A stretch of 64,000 nt of DNA from contig JBFWJC010000006.1 of NCBI GenBank assembly GCA_050253415.1, forward strand, positions 1-64,000, in the 5' to 3' direction. Under the pieces are notes generated by a model. That model had not been told where the DNA came from. It saw only the letters and a program-made list of their open reading frames with translations, and did no database searches. This DNA is from Pedobacter sp. Its GTDB lineage: Bacteria > Desulfobacterota > Desulfuromonadia > Desulfuromonadales > Syntrophotaleaceae. The position numbers were made by a program, and so were the translations under genes. Below are positions 38,364 to 49,719 of this stretch, in pieces; the stretch's first letter is position 1; every line of letters starts with the position of its first letter.

Positions 38364-40271
38364 TTATTCGTTAGATGCATCCGAAGTGGTAAAAGACGTT
38401 TCGCGCCCTATAAAGTTTCGGACACTTGCGGCGATTCCTTCGGCGTCCAGTCCATACCGGGCGTAAAGTTGCTGCTGCGTTCCTTGTTCAACAAACCGAT
38501 CAGGCAACCCGATGCGCAAAACACGCACAGCAACGCCTTCGTCGGAGAGCATCTCAAGAACCGCCGAACCGAAGCCGCCTTGACGAACGTTTTCCTCTAC
38601 AGTTACAACAATGCCTGTTCGTTTAGCCTCGGCGATAAGGAGTTCCCGATCCAGAGGTTTAAGGAATCGCGGATCGACCACCGCCACAGACAAACCCTCT
38701 CCGGCCAGGATGTCGGCAGCAACAAGCGCCTCCTGACACACAACGCCCAAGGCGAAGATCACCGCATCGCTACCATCACATAATTTTTCACCTTTACCAA
38801 TGGGCAAAGTCTCAATGGTATCCGGCAGAGTCAATCCAAGAGCTTTTCCTCGAGGATAGCGGTATGCAAGGGGGCCATCATGCACCGTGCCAGTCAAAAT
38901 AGCGCGTTGCAATTCGATTTCGTCGCGTGGGGAAACCACAACCATATTGGGGATATGCCGCAGGAACGAATAATCGAACACACCGTGATGTGTAGGTCCG
39001 TCCGCTCCGACCAGACCTCCGCGGTCAATAGCAAAAGTAACCGGCAGACGTTGTAAGGCTACATCGTGCACAACATTATCGTAAGCGCGCTGCAGAAAGG
39101 TCGAATACAGGGCCACGACTGGACGCATGCCCTGACAGGCAAGACCTGCGGCGAATGTCACAGCGTGCTGCTCAGCAATTCCGACATCAAAAAACCGCGA
39201 TGGAAAGCGCTTGGAAAATTCTTTAAGCCCCGTTCCTTCGAGCATGGCCGCGGTAATGGCGACAATTCGATCATCCTTCTCCGCCAATGCCGTTAGAGTA
39301 CTGCCGAAAACCCCGGTATAACTGGCCGGACCGCCTTTAGAAGCTCGCACTTCGCCGGTGGCCTTGTCAAAAGGACCTACTCCATGGAAAAGACTGGGGT
39401 TTTTTTCAGCGGGCTCATACCCTTTGCCTTTGCGGGTCACGACGTGAACCAGGATCGGACCTTCGAGATGGGCAACATTTTCAAGAGCCGGGATCAGCGT
39501 TTCAAGTCGATGCCCGTTCAGGGGGCCAACATAATCAAAACCAAATGCTTCGAAAAGCATTCCAGGTGTAAAAAATCCCTTGAGGGACTCTTCGGCTTTA
39601 CGTGCTACTTTCAGCAGATCCTTGCCTATGCGGGGGACATGACTGAGAAAATTTTCCGCTTCCTTCTTCAATCGCACGACCAACTCGGAAGTCATCTTGC
39701 GATTGATCAGAGAAGAGATCGCGCCGACATTCGAAGAAATGGACATTTCGTTGTCGTTAAGAATGACAATGAGATTTTTTTTCTGATCGCCTGCATGGTT
39801 AATCGCTTCGAAAGCCATGCCGCCGGTAAGAGAACCGTCACCGATAACAGCGACGAACTTTTCATTTCCCTGACGACAGTCACAAGCTGCGGCCATTCCC
39901 AGTGCGGCGGAAATGGATGTGCTTGAATGTCCGACGTCAAAAGCATCATAGGGGCTTTCTTCCCGCTTGGGAAAACCGCTGATCCCTCCAAGCTGACGCA
40001 AGGTATCAAAACGGTCAAGACGTCCGGTCAACAATTTATGGGCATAGGCCTGGTGTCCGACATCCCAGATGATTTTATCTGCGGGTGTATTCAAAACCTT
40101 GTGAAGAGCAATGGTCAATTCCACAACACCCAGAGAACTGGCAAGATGACCGCCTGTCGTCGAAACGGTATCAATGATTTTTTCACGAATTTCACCAGCC
40201 AAAACCTCAAGTTCTTTAACCGAAAGGTTCTTTAACTCAGCGGGAGATTGCAGATTTTTCAGTAGACTCAC
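38364..40271 (-). CDS. dxs: 1-deoxy-D-xylulose-5-phosphate synthase
   Basis: [27 protein letters not shown]...N, IAEQH, DGPTH, RYPRG. Confidence 0.97.
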   Translation of the reverse strand: MSLLKNLQSPAELKNLSVKELEVLAGEIREKIIDTVSTTGGHLASSLGVVELTIALHKVLNTPADKIIWDVGHQAYAHKLLTGRLDRFDTLRQLGGISGFPKREESPYDAFDVGHSSTSISAALGMAAACDCRQGNEKFVAVIGDGSLTGGMAFEAINHAGDQKKNLIVILNDNEMSISSNVGAISSLINRKMTSELVVRLKKEAENFLSHVPRIGKDLLKVARKAEESLKGFFTPGMLFEAFGFDYVGPLNGHRLETLIPALENVAHLEGPILVHVVTRKGKGYEPAEKNPSLFHGVGPFDKATGEVRASKGGPASYTGVFGSTLTALAEKDDRIVAITAAMLEGTGLKEFSKRFPSRFFDVGIAEQHAVTFAAGLACQGMRPVVALYSTFLQRAYDNVVHDVALQRLPVTFAIDRGGLVGADGPTHHGVFDYSFLRHIPNMVVVSPRDEIELQRAILTGTVHDGPLAYRYPRGKALGLTLPDTIETLPIGKGEKLCDGSDAVIFALGVVCQEALVAADILAGEGLSVAVVDPRFLKPLDRELLIAEAKRTGIVVTVEENVRQGGFGSAVLEMLSDEGVAVRVLRIGLPDRFVEQGTQQQLYARYGLDAEGIAASVRNFIGRETSFTTSDASNE

Positions 40272-40291
40272 TATAAAACCCTCCGTCACAC

Positions 40292-41182
40292 TCAGAAAGA
40301 GCGGTCCACGATATAGTGGGCAATGCTTCTTAAAGGTTCAGCGCGTTCATCAAAACAGGACAAGCTGTCCAGTGCCACATCGCGCAATTCCCGGGCACGG
40401 TCACGCGCGGCGTCAAGCCCGAGCAAGGCAGGATAAGTCGCCTTGCCACGTTCCTGGTCGCTTCCGACATCCTTCCCAAGCAAAGCCTGGTCACCAACGA
40501 TATCAAGGATGTCGTCAGCAACCTGAAAAGCAAGGCCTGCAGCTTTGGCATAGCGTCCAAGAGCCTCTACCTGCTCCTGGCTGGCTCCGCCGAGCAGGGC
40601 TCCTGTTTCAACGGAGGCAAGAATAAGTGCACCGGTCTTGCGAGTATGAATATATTCGAGTGTAGGCAGGTCGATATCCTTGCCTTCTGAATCCATATCC
40701 ACGACCTGACCACCTACCATGCCCATGGAACCGGCAGAACGCGCAATCTGGGAGGTCACGCGACGAGCTACCTCAAGCGGAACCGCGTTGTCGGCGCCCA
40801 ATTGGGATAAGAGAATAAAAGCTTCCGTAAGCAGCGCATCACCAGCCAGAATGGCCAATGCCTCTCCAAAAACTTTGTGGCAGGTTGGCCGTCCCCTACG
40901 GAAATCATCATCATCCATTGCCGGGAGATCGTCATGAATCAACGAATACGTATGTATCATTTCCATGGCACAGGCCGCAGGCATAACGACGTCGATTGTC
41001 CCACCTACGGCTTCACATGCCGCCATCATCAAGATAGGACGAATGCGTTTGCCGGCAGCAAAGGTCGAATAGCGCATGGCCTTGTGAAGACTTGCAGGCA
41101 GCACTTCCTCTGCGGGAAGATAGCCATCAAGTGCTTTATCTACACGTGCCCGATATTCTTTCAGATAGGCATTGAGATCCAT
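40292..41182 (-). CDS. ispA: Farnesyl diphosphate synthase (polyprenyl synthetase)
   Basis: [33 protein letters not shown]. Confidence 0.95.
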   Translation of the reverse strand: MDLNAYLKEYRARVDKALDGYLPAEEVLPASLHKAMRYSTFAAGKRIRPILMMAACEAVGGTIDVVMPAACAMEMIHTYSLIHDDLPAMDDDDFRRGRPTCHKVFGEALAILAGDALLTEAFILLSQLGADNAVPLEVARRVTSQIARSAGSMGMVGGQVVDMDSEGKDIDLPTLEYIHTRKTGALILASVETGALLGGASQEQVEALGRYAKAAGLAFQVADDILDIVGDQALLGKDVGSDQERGKATYPALLGLDAARDRARELRDVALDSLSCFDERAEPLRSIAHYIVDRSF

Positions 41183-41226
41183 TAATCCTCCATTGCGAAA
41201 AAATTATTCAAACGGCTATTAAACCA

Positions 41227-41451
41227 TTATTCTTCAAATTTGCCAATGGCTAGAGAGCCGTCTTGTTTTTTTAACAGAGTTTCAACCTGTGTTTCGACCG
41301 ATTTGAGCAATTCCTGGCAGCGGTTGGCGCATTTCACCCCCACTTCAAAAGAGGCCAGAGATTCCTCGAGAGAGAGATCGCCTGCTTCAAGCTGTTCGAC
41401 AACAGCTTCCAGAGACCGCAGGGCTTCCTCAAAAGTTGTAGGCTTGTTCAT
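41227..41451 (-). CDS. xseB: Exodeoxyribonuclease VII small subunit
   Basis: FEEAL..LE.VV.QLE.GDLSLEES...FE.G. Confidence 0.93.
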   Translation of the reverse strand: MNKPTTFEEALRSLEAVVEQLEAGDLSLEESLASFEVGVKCANRCQELLKSVETQVETLLKKQDGSLAIGKFEE

Positions 41452-41540
41452 GGATACCTCACGTAAAAAGTCGCGGCCAATTATCCACACCGACCGTAAG
41501 ATGAGTCAAGGTTTTTCCAGAAAGAATCCTGGACTCGGTA

Positions 41541-42746
41541 CTAAGTTTGTGAATCGATATGTTCTACCGTTGCGATTACCGCTCCTTTTGCAAACCGGAT
41601 ATTCAGACGATCACCTTTCTGCAAAGAACCTGCATCGCGAACAGCGACCCGGGTCTTTTCATTGAATGCAATAGCATAACCGCGATCCAGGGTGGCCAGA
41701 GGTGACAGTGCATGCATGTGACTCGCAGCCAGACCGAGTCGATTGGCCGCACTGTCGAGTATTTTTTGCATAGCCAGATGCAAACGTTTGCGGGTCTGTT
41801 CCAGGCTGTTATGCTTACGTTGCAGTTCATCAACGGGAGACCGCAACCGTCGCTGCAAACCGTTAAGCCGCTCCTTGAGCAGTAAAAGCCGTCCCTGCAT
41901 CTGACTACTGAGACGCATGATAAGGTGATCGACATGCCGTTCCAGTTCGTGGCGCCCTTGCACCACGACTTCAGCTGCTGCGCTGGGTGTCGGCGCGCGC
42001 AAATCCGCAACAAGATCCGAAATAGTCACATCCACTTCATGACCAACGGCGGAAATGACCGGGATTCTGGAGGCAAAAATAGCGCGGGCAACGGCCTCTT
42101 CGTTGAAAGCCCATAAATCTTCCGGTGACCCGCCACCTCGTCCAACGATCAACACATCTGCTTGCCCGTGCTGATTCAGGTCGGCAATGGCTTGTGCGAT
42201 TTCACCAGCCGACCCATCGCCCTGCACCCGCACGGGACGCAGCAAGACACGTAATCCGGCACCACGCCGTCGCAGGACATTAAGAATATCGTGAATAGCC
42301 GCCCCGGTCGGTGACGTCACAACTCCAATAGTGCGGGGGAAAGACGGCAAAGGTTGCTTGTGACCGGCATTGAACAACCCCTCGGCATCCAGCATGGTTT
42401 TAAGTTTTTCAAAAGCAAGTTGCCAGTTTCCGACGCCTAAGGGCTCCATGCTGTCCACCACCAACTGCAATTCCCCACGTTGCTGGTAGAGAGACACATG
42501 GCCGGTACAGACGACCTGCATGCCATTTTCCGGCGTAAAGCTCAGAACCCGATTGCTGGACCGAAACATGACACTGCGAAGTTGGGCTTGATCATCTTTG
42601 AGTCCAAAATAGTAATGCCCGGAGGACGGCGCCGAAAAGTTGGCGATTTCACCTGTGACCATCACCTGAACAAAATTATCTTCGACCAGCTCTTTAAGCA
42701 GGTAGACCAGACGTGATACCGATACACTTCCTTCGGAAACACTCAT
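41541..42746 (-). CDS. xseA: Exodeoxyribonuclease VII large subunit
   Basis: GEIANF..SGH.YF, TSPTGAA, RGGGS.EDLWAFN, GHE.D, TPSAAAE, RGYA. Confidence 0.96.
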   Translation of the reverse strand: MSVSEGSVSVSRLVYLLKELVEDNFVQVMVTGEIANFSAPSSGHYYFGLKDDQAQLRSVMFRSSNRVLSFTPENGMQVVCTGHVSLYQQRGELQLVVDSMEPLGVGNWQLAFEKLKTMLDAEGLFNAGHKQPLPSFPRTIGVVTSPTGAAIHDILNVLRRRGAGLRVLLRPVRVQGDGSAGEIAQAIADLNQHGQADVLIVGRGGGSPEDLWAFNEEAVARAIFASRIPVISAVGHEVDVTISDLVADLRAPTPSAAAEVVVQGRHELERHVDHLIMRLSSQMQGRLLLLKERLNGLQRRLRSPVDELQRKHNSLEQTRKRLHLAMQKILDSAANRLGLAASHMHALSPLATLDRGYAIAFNEKTRVAVRDAGSLQKGDRLNIRFAKGAVIATVEHIDSQT

Positions 42747-42773
42747 GTTAAATTCCTGTTGTTCGTCGAGATA

Positions 42774-42802
42774 TTGACATCTTTACCTTGTTTCCCTATA
42801 CA
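42774..42802 (+). promoter_or_regulatory. Probable sigma70 promoter of the parA-like gene
   Basis: TTGACA-N17-TATACA, 35 nt before the ATG. Confidence 0.5.
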
Positions 42803-42837
42803 ATGCCTGCATCATTTATCAAAACGAAGGACAATGT

Positions 42838-44253
42838 ATGTTTGAACCCTATGTGGTAACCGTATCCAGCGAAAAGGGTGGCGTTGGCAAGACCACCCTG
42901 GCAACCAATCTGGCCATCTATCTTAAGGCCCTGAATGAGGAGTTACCTGTTACCCTGTTCAGCTTTGATAATCATTTTTCCGTAGATCGCATGTTCCGCC
43001 TCGGAAGAACCAAACCCAAGGGTGACATGCTCGACCTTCTCAGTGGGACCCCGATAGCAGATCTGCTGGAACTCGGAGAATACGGTGTTCAATTTATTCC
43101 TTCCAGTCGCAAACTTGAAAATATTGCAAGCCGCATGGATCGTTGCGATATCCTGGCAAGAGCCTTGGCCGGATCCGATTTAAAAGGGATTATTATTATA
43201 GACACACGTCCAACCCTGGATATTTTTACGCAAAATGCCCTATTCGCTGCCGATCGTGTCATTGTCCCGGTTAAAGATACCCCCTCGCTTGAGAACTGCC
43301 GGAATCTCTACGATTTTTTTGAAGACAAAGGGCTATCAAAACGTCCATTGCGCCTTTTACCGTGTCTTATCGATTCGCGCGTACATTACGATGGTCCGTT
43401 CAAAAATGCTTATCAGCTTCTCAAAGGCTATGCCATCAATCGCGGCTACCGCTGCCTTGAAGGTTATATTGCTAAAAGCCCGAAAGTAGAATCCCTCAAC
43501 ACCAATCCTGAAGGAAAAATTTATCCGGTGCTGACCCACGGACGAGGCACCAATGTGCATCTGCAGTTCGCCCATCTGGCGCGTCAGGTTTTTATCAGCG
43601 CCAAAGACGAACCACAGCGAAGGCTGGATCAGATACGACAGGAGAGTGAACAGCAGGAACAGAACCGGGATAAGAATTTCCTCACACGGCGGGATCTTGT
43701 GCTACCTGACTGTCCGATTTGTGGACGACAATTGGTCCACCACAATGCCATGGAACCGGCAAGTTATTTTTATACAACATCCGATGGTCAGGTTGCGGGT
43801 TTTCTCGATGAAGCCTGTTTTTGCTCTTTAGTATTCCGTCACTGCTATCATACCCAAAAAAAAATAAGTCCAACGGATCCCCTTGTCGATCTGTTCAGAG
43901 AATCGGCCCTGCGCTCCTATTTTGTGCTGGGTCATCCCCAAAACAACCCGGCGTCGGGATCTCATAATTTGCTTTTCTACCGATTCGATGAGGAAGGGTT
44001 TGAGATTTCACACAAGTCCATCGAACTGCGGAAAACCGAAACACGCTTTCTCAACAAGGGACCATCTGCGTTATACAGACTTGCGTCTCAGACTCTCTTT
44101 AACGAAGACACTCCAATCAAAGACCGATTTTTATTTATCAGACGTATTAACAGCGAGTTCCCCGAAGAAATCCTGCTGGATGAAAATTATGCGAAACTCG
44201 ATGCCGCCATGCATTATATTGGCAGCAAATTATCTTTCAATCCAGCGGACTAA
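42838..44253 (+). CDS. ParA/MinD-family ATPase with a long C-terminal extension
   Basis: Deviant Walker A EKGGVGKTT, IIIDTRP; about 200 extra residues including a coiled segment and CPICG. Confidence 0.85.
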   Translation: MFEPYVVTVSSEKGGVGKTTLATNLAIYLKALNEELPVTLFSFDNHFSVDRMFRLGRTKPKGDMLDLLSGTPIADLLELGEYGVQFIPSSRKLENIASRMDRCDILARALAGSDLKGIIIIDTRPTLDIFTQNALFAADRVIVPVKDTPSLENCRNLYDFFEDKGLSKRPLRLLPCLIDSRVHYDGPFKNAYQLLKGYAINRGYRCLEGYIAKSPKVESLNTNPEGKIYPVLTHGRGTNVHLQFAHLARQVFISAKDEPQRRLDQIRQESEQQEQNRDKNFLTRRDLVLPDCPICGRQLVHHNAMEPASYFYTTSDGQVAGFLDEACFCSLVFRHCYHTQKKISPTDPLVDLFRESALRSYFVLGHPQNNPASGSHNLLFYRFDEEGFEISHKSIELRKTETRFLNKGPSALYRLASQTLFNEDTPIKDRFLFIRRINSEFPEEILLDENYAKLDAAMHYIGSKLSFNPAD

Positions 44254-44304
44254 ACCATCTGCCACGTGTATGGATATGGGATTTCAACCCGGCAGTCGGA
44301 GCAA

Positions 44305-45510
44305 TCAGCGCTGCAATAACCGGGACACAGGAACAACCTGTATGTCTTGCTGACGCAGATACGCCGCTTCTTGACCTAATGCCTTAATCGTCTCCGGATA
44401 CGGATGACAGATGACCACCACTTTATGACGCGAACGGGCAATTTTCACTGCTTCGCGTAATTGGCGGGCGATGGCATCGACATTTCGGTTGTTATCAAGA
44501 AAAACATCCCGGCTGACAGAAGCAATATTGGCCCTATGAGCCTCGGATAGAGCAATCGACCCAGGACTTGTACGGCTGTCCACAAAAAACCAGCCACCTT
44601 CCTTCATCACCTCGAACACGGCCTGCATCCCCTCCGGATATTGCGTGAACCGCGACCCCATGTGATTATTGCCGCCGACGGCATGAGGTACTTTTAAAAA
44701 CATGCTGGTCACCCGGCTCTGAATCTCTGTCCGATCCTGTCCAAGAAGCAACGCGCCTGGTCCGGGATTGTTTTGCGGATAGCTATCGGGTTCCATGGGC
44801 ATATGCACAAGGATTTCCCGGCCGGCACGATGCGATAATTCGGCCGACTCTCTGGTATGCAGTTCCTCAGGCATGACGGCCATGGTCAAATTGAGATCGA
44901 GCGCCAGCAATTTACGTACAGCATGCAGGTCGCGTCCAAGGTCATCGACAATAATGGCAATCTGCGCTTTGGGCCGGATTTTTGACGGTTTGATATCAGA
45001 TCGCTTAAAGTGCAAGAAAAAAATAGGACTTCCCTGTAGAGAAATGCAGACAGGCTGACCGGCGGCACCACTGCCTTTCATCTCAAGCTGAGATGATTGA
45101 CGAACCAAGTCTTGAGTCAAAGAGTTATACCAAGCATCGCCGGGGAAAGTAGACGGCAAAAAGTAATGCGTTACGCCATTTTCTTCCCTTACGTTCATCC
45201 CTGTAAAGGAAATACCCTGCCGCCATAAGGAACGTTCAATGTCCAACTGAACTGCAGAGCTCAAAACAAGGTTCTGGTCCGGGTCAACAGGCGTCCTGAC
45301 TTCCGGTTCCGGCAGGGTCACTACCGGTGCAGGGGGAGTCGTGGTGTGTATATTTGGCTCCGGCGCGCGTTGCACAAAAGTCAGTAACATAAGTGAAACG
45401 ACCAGAAAACCAATCAGAAACAACGATGCAAGAAGAACTTTGAACGTCCGATCAGGCTGTTGCTTTTTAGGCGGGGTTTTCCGCCGGGGTTGTTTTTTTT
45501 TGGTAGCCAT
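44305..45510 (-). CDS. Divergent polysaccharide deacetylase family (YibQ-like), membrane anchored
   Basis: IAIIVDDLG, HMPMEP, NNHMGS, FVDSRT, RDVFLD, ICHP. Confidence 0.9.
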   Translation of the reverse strand: MATKKKQPRRKTPPKKQQPDRTFKVLLASLFLIGFLVVSLMLLTFVQRAPEPNIHTTTPPAPVVTLPEPEVRTPVDPDQNLVLSSAVQLDIERSLWRQGISFTGMNVREENGVTHYFLPSTFPGDAWYNSLTQDLVRQSSQLEMKGSGAAGQPVCISLQGSPIFFLHFKRSDIKPSKIRPKAQIAIIVDDLGRDLHAVRKLLALDLNLTMAVMPEELHTRESAELSHRAGREILVHMPMEPDSYPQNNPGPGALLLGQDRTEIQSRVTSMFLKVPHAVGGNNHMGSRFTQYPEGMQAVFEVMKEGGWFFVDSRTSPGSIALSEAHRANIASVSRDVFLDNNRNVDAIARQLREAVKIARSRHKVVVICHPYPETIKALGQEAAYLRQQDIQVVPVSRLLQR

Positions 45511-45560
45511 AAATTAGGGGGATGGTGCATCCCCCCCTTTGAATGAGTGAAATAAAGTGA

Positions 45561-46880
45561 TCAGGCGGCGGTTTTTTTTAAGCCCTTGAGTAATTCCCAC
45601 CCTTTGAGCAAATCGAGCGCACGTAACAGCTGATAATCATGCTGCATCCCTTGTTCATCAATCAAGGCTTGCTCGGATTCTTGCGTACCGACGGAATCGG
45701 CATCGGGCTTACGCTCACTCTCCATATGATTGTCGAGATCTTTTTCACGAAGAGTGATGTTGTCACCCACTTCTTTAAGTTCCATTTGACGTACAACAAT
45801 ATCGGGAGTGATGCCTTTGGCCTGAATCGAGGTCCCCGAAGGGGTATAATAACGTGCTGTGGTAAGACGCAACCCAGCTTCATTTTCCAGACCAATCACC
45901 GTTTGCACCGAACCTTTACCAAAACTTTGGGTGCCTAGAATGACCGCCCTGTGATTATCCTGTAACGCGCCAGCAACAATTTCGGAAGCACTGGCGCTGC
46001 CGCCGTTAATGAGTACAACCATGGGATAATCCGGTTCAGTTCCCATACGATGCGCTTCAAAGCGCATACGACTGTCTTCAACACGACCTTCTGTATAGAC
46101 GATCAAGCCTTCCCGGAGAAACAGATCAGCAACATCTGCGGCCTGATCAAGCAGGCCCCCAGGATTATTTCGCAAATCGAGAACCAGTCCCTGAAGAGGC
46201 GCATGATTCGCGGAGTGTAAACTTTTAAGTGCATTTTTCAGATCTTTGGCGGACCGCTCCTGAAACTGAGCGAGTCGCACGTATCCGAATCCGTTTTCAA
46301 GCATGCGGAATTTCACGCTCTTCACAACGATGATTTCGCGGGTCAAAGTATATTCACGCGGCTTATCAAAGGAAGACCGCATAATCGTGATCGTTACGTT
46401 GGTTCCTTTTGGACCACGCATCATCTTGATGGCTTCCATAATCGAGAGATCTTTGGTCCAACGATCACCGATTTTAACAATCACATCGCCTGCAGCCAGT
46501 CCGATACGATAGGCGGGGGTATCCTCAATGGGAGAAACGATGGTCAAGACACCTTCTTTCAGGGTTATTTCAATCCCCAAACCACCAAACTCGCCAGAGG
46601 TATCGATCTGCATTTCCCGAAACATATCCGGTGAAAGATAAGACGAATGAGGGTCAAGTGCACCCAACATGCCATTAATGGCCCCTTCGATAAGTTTCGA
46701 CATGGGCACTTCTTCCACATAACTGTTCTGAATAATAGTCAAAACATCGGTAAACTGCTCGAGCTCCTTATAAGGAGTGCCGGTTTCGGCTTCGCTGCAG
46801 CCGACAAAAAGATTTGCCATCCAGCACCCCATTACCAGGGTAAACAGCAACAATAAGGCAATCCGCTTCCCCTTAGCCAT
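45561..46880 (-). CDS. ctpA: C-terminal processing peptidase S41A
   Basis: LDPHS, GEFGGLGIEI (PDZ), DLRNNPGG, SASASEIV, FGKGSVQ, GITPD. Confidence 0.93.
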   Translation of the reverse strand: MAKGKRIALLLLFTLVMGCWMANLFVGCSEAETGTPYKELEQFTDVLTIIQNSYVEEVPMSKLIEGAINGMLGALDPHSSYLSPDMFREMQIDTSGEFGGLGIEITLKEGVLTIVSPIEDTPAYRIGLAAGDVIVKIGDRWTKDLSIMEAIKMMRGPKGTNVTITIMRSSFDKPREYTLTREIIVVKSVKFRMLENGFGYVRLAQFQERSAKDLKNALKSLHSANHAPLQGLVLDLRNNPGGLLDQAADVADLFLREGLIVYTEGRVEDSRMRFEAHRMGTEPDYPMVVLINGGSASASEIVAGALQDNHRAVILGTQSFGKGSVQTVIGLENEAGLRLTTARYYTPSGTSIQAKGITPDIVVRQMELKEVGDNITLREKDLDNHMESERKPDADSVGTQESEQALIDEQGMQHDYQLLRALDLLKGWELLKGLKKTAA

Positions 46881-46906
46881 CAAGGTATCTCCTCCCCTAT
46901 GTCTCA

Positions 46907-48082
46907 TCACCGCGGCTTAAGCCACTGGAGGGGATCCAGCGGTGTCCCGCGTTGTCTGATCTCAAAATAGATCGTTTTACTGTCCCCAAAACCGGAAATA
47001 CCAACATTTTCGCCAGCGGTAACCTCCTCGCCAACTTTTTTGACGAGCTGACTGGCCTGTGCGTACAGCGTATAATATCCCCCGCCGTGATCCAGAATCA
47101 ATAAGTTGCCGAATCCCCGGAACGGTTTTGCAAAAACCACTTTTCCGCCGGCGACAGCATGTATGGGGGTACCAGGAACCTGCGCAAGTTCGATCCCCTG
47201 GCTTTCATAACGGCTCCCAAGGTCATCATTGAAATTATTCCCGAAGCGCACCATCAACTTGCCTGGGCCAGGCCATGGCAAGGACCCTTTTTGTTGCTTA
47301 AAACTTCCAGATGCGCCGACCGATGCGCCACTATACTCACGTGATTTGGCGGATTCAAGCGTTTTAAGCAGATTACGCAAACGCTGAGCTTTTTCTTTCA
47401 ACCCGGCAATTTCCCCGGTTAACTCTGTACGATTTTGGCGCAGTTTGTTAAGAGTAGATGTGTGGGTCTGACGGCCCTTATCGAGTGTCTTGTGGCTGGC
47501 ATCGAGAACATTCAGACGTCTTTGCTGTTCGCTACGCAGGTGTTCAAGCTCCTGCAATGCATCGCGTAAAACATGCCAATCGTCACGATAATTTTTAAGA
47601 AGCTCACGATCCTGTCTAACAAGACGCGTAAGGTAAAAAAAGTTTTCTGCAAGTTGCGAGGGGGAACCCTTTTCAAATAAAACTTTAAACAGGCGCATTT
47701 CGCCTCGCCGATATAATGCCCTCAGTCGCCGACGGACATATTGCTCTCTTTCGGAAATTTCCTTACGTAAGAGTTCGGCACGTTTTTCTTTACCGCCGAT
47801 GTCCTTATTCAAATCGTTCAATCGTGTTTGCAAGCGGCGGGAATTTTTTTGCAGCCCGGATAATTCTTTATCCAGTTGCGCCAATTCCTGTTGGACTGCC
47901 CCTTCCTGCTCACGACTACTGACCAATTGTTTTGAGAGTCTATCGATACGTGCTTGAATTTCCTTGAGGCTCTGACGTTGGCGATCGACATCATCCCCCC
48001 TTGCGGGCACCGCAAGACATAACAGCAACATAAGACAGCAAACAAGCCGCGCGATAGAACAAAGGGTCTGGAAACGTGCCAT
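46907..48082 (-). CDS. envC: Murein hydrolase activator EnvC (coiled coil plus degenerate M23)
   Basis: Signal peptide, long coiled coil, LPWP, GNLLILDHG, YFEIR; the M23 zinc ligands are absent; follows ftsEX. Confidence 0.85.
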   Translation of the reverse strand: MARFQTLCSIARLVCCLMLLLCLAVPARGDDVDRQRQSLKEIQARIDRLSKQLVSSREQEGAVQQELAQLDKELSGLQKNSRRLQTRLNDLNKDIGGKEKRAELLRKEISEREQYVRRRLRALYRRGEMRLFKVLFEKGSPSQLAENFFYLTRLVRQDRELLKNYRDDWHVLRDALQELEHLRSEQQRRLNVLDASHKTLDKGRQTHTSTLNKLRQNRTELTGEIAGLKEKAQRLRNLLKTLESAKSREYSGASVGASGSFKQQKGSLPWPGPGKLMVRFGNNFNDDLGSRYESQGIELAQVPGTPIHAVAGGKVVFAKPFRGFGNLLILDHGGGYYTLYAQASQLVKKVGEEVTAGENVGISGFGDSKTIYFEIRQRGTPLDPLQWLKPR

Positions 48083-48084
48083 GG

Positions 48085-48981
48085 TTAAATCCTGACGAAT
48101 TTTCTCAGGGAAAGCACACTGCCTGTAAGCCCCAGAATCAAGCCGCAACCTGCCATACCCCATTGTTGCACCGGTGAAAGGAAAAGGATGCCATCGGTAC
48201 CGGTTACCATCAAAATCCCGTAAAGCCCTTCCTGCAGTACCAGCGTAAAAACCACCCAGACGCCGACCAATGCGAGCACACCACCGACGACACCCTGTAA
48301 GGCGCCCTCAATCAGAAAGGGCATTTTAATGAACAAAGGCGTTCCGCCGACGAGGGTCATTATCTCTATTTCCTCGCGACGGGCATAAAGGGTTAGTTTA
48401 ATGGTGTTCGCAACAATGAACAACGCGGCAAATAACAAAAAACCGCCAAATACAATCCCGGCGACTTTTAACAACCCGACAAAGGCATCGAAACGTTCCA
48501 GCCATTCCGGTTCGTAGCTTACATCCGCCAGTTCCGGAATCTCTTTCAGCCGCTGCACCACGCTTTCTACGCCGATTTTGTTCTGATTGTCCTCAAACAG
48601 AACGACTTCCAATGAGGCCGGTAAAAAATCGGTCCCGACCCCATCCAGAAGATCGGCATCATCCCCGAGGCGTTCTTTAAAACGTGTAAAAGCCTCGTCA
48701 CGACTCACAAATTGAACCCGCTCAATTTCGGGCATCGCCTCAAGTTTGGTCTTCCACTGTTTCACCTTATTCGCATCGGGAACCTTGTCGAAATAAGCGA
48801 CAACCTGGATTTCACGACTCCACTGCTGTGCCACCTGCTGTACGTTAATCACAACAATGGCAAAGAAACCGATAATCATGAGAGCAACAGCTACAGTACC
48901 TATAGCGGCACTGCACAGAACAGGTGTCTGCCTCAGATTGCGCCCTACCCTGCGCATGAAATATCCGATAGATTGCAGCAC
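48085..48981 (-). CDS. ftsX: Cell division permease-like protein FtsX
   Basis: Four TM segments, LPAS, NTIKL..YARREEIEIM.LVG, PFLIEG. Confidence 0.93.
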   Translation of the reverse strand: MLQSIGYFMRRVGRNLRQTPVLCSAAIGTVAVALMIIGFFAIVVINVQQVAQQWSREIQVVAYFDKVPDANKVKQWKTKLEAMPEIERVQFVSRDEAFTRFKERLGDDADLLDGVGTDFLPASLEVVLFEDNQNKIGVESVVQRLKEIPELADVSYEPEWLERFDAFVGLLKVAGIVFGGFLLFAALFIVANTIKLTLYARREEIEIMTLVGGTPLFIKMPFLIEGALQGVVGGVLALVGVWVVFTLVLQEGLYGILMVTGTDGILFLSPVQQWGMAGCGLILGLTGSVLSLRKFVRI

Positions 48982-49046
48982 GATTCATTCCCTTCAGAAC
49001 AAAATAAGATGTGGTAACGTGAAACTTCAGACTGGAAAAGGCAGGG

Positions 49047-49712
49047 TCAGGGGGTATGGTCGTCGACCAGACGTCCTTTGTCAAGAGACACTATTCGACG
49101 TGGGTAACGTCGAATCATTTCCCTGTTATGCGTAGCAAGCAATACGGTCGTGCCTCGCGCATTGGCCCCTTTGAATAATTCCATAATTTCATATGTAACG
49201 TCATCATCAAGGTTACCGGTCGGCTCATCGGCAAGCAAAATCAACGGATCGGTAACCAATGCACGGGCAATGGCAGCTCGTTGTTGTTCTCCCCCTGATA
49301 GCTGCAGAGGAAAACGGTTGAGCTTGCCCTGCAAGCCTACATGCTTGAGTGCCTGATAGACCTTGTTACTTATTTCATACCGCTTTTTTCCCTGCATTTC
49401 CAAGGGGAATGCCACATTTTCAAACAAGGTACGCGTTGAAATAAGCTTGAAATCCTGAAAAACGATGCCCAGCTTGCGACGAAGCATGGGGATACGCCAG
49501 GAACGCATACGAGTTATATTCATGCCATTGATCAGGATCTGACCCCGGGTCGGCTTTACTGCACCATAGAGTAATTTCAAGAGGGTGGATTTACCGGCTC
49601 CTGAGGGGCCAGTAAGGTACAGGAAATCACCTTTTGGCACCTTAAGGCTGAATTCCGTCAGGGCAGTGGCTTCCTTTTGATAAGACATGCAGACATTGTA
49701 AAGTTGAATCAT
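49047..49712 (-). CDS. ftsE: Cell division ATP-binding protein FtsE
   Basis: GPSGAGKST, VFQDFKL, LSGGEQQR, ADEPTGNLD. Confidence 0.95.
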   Translation of the reverse strand: MIQLYNVCMSYQKEATALTEFSLKVPKGDFLYLTGPSGAGKSTLLKLLYGAVKPTRGQILINGMNITRMRSWRIPMLRRKLGIVFQDFKLISTRTLFENVAFPLEMQGKKRYEISNKVYQALKHVGLQGKLNRFPLQLSGGEQQRAAIARALVTDPLILLADEPTGNLDDDVTYEIMELFKGANARGTTVLLATHNREMIRRYPRRIVSLDKGRLVDDHTP

Positions 49713-49719
49713 TGGGTCT

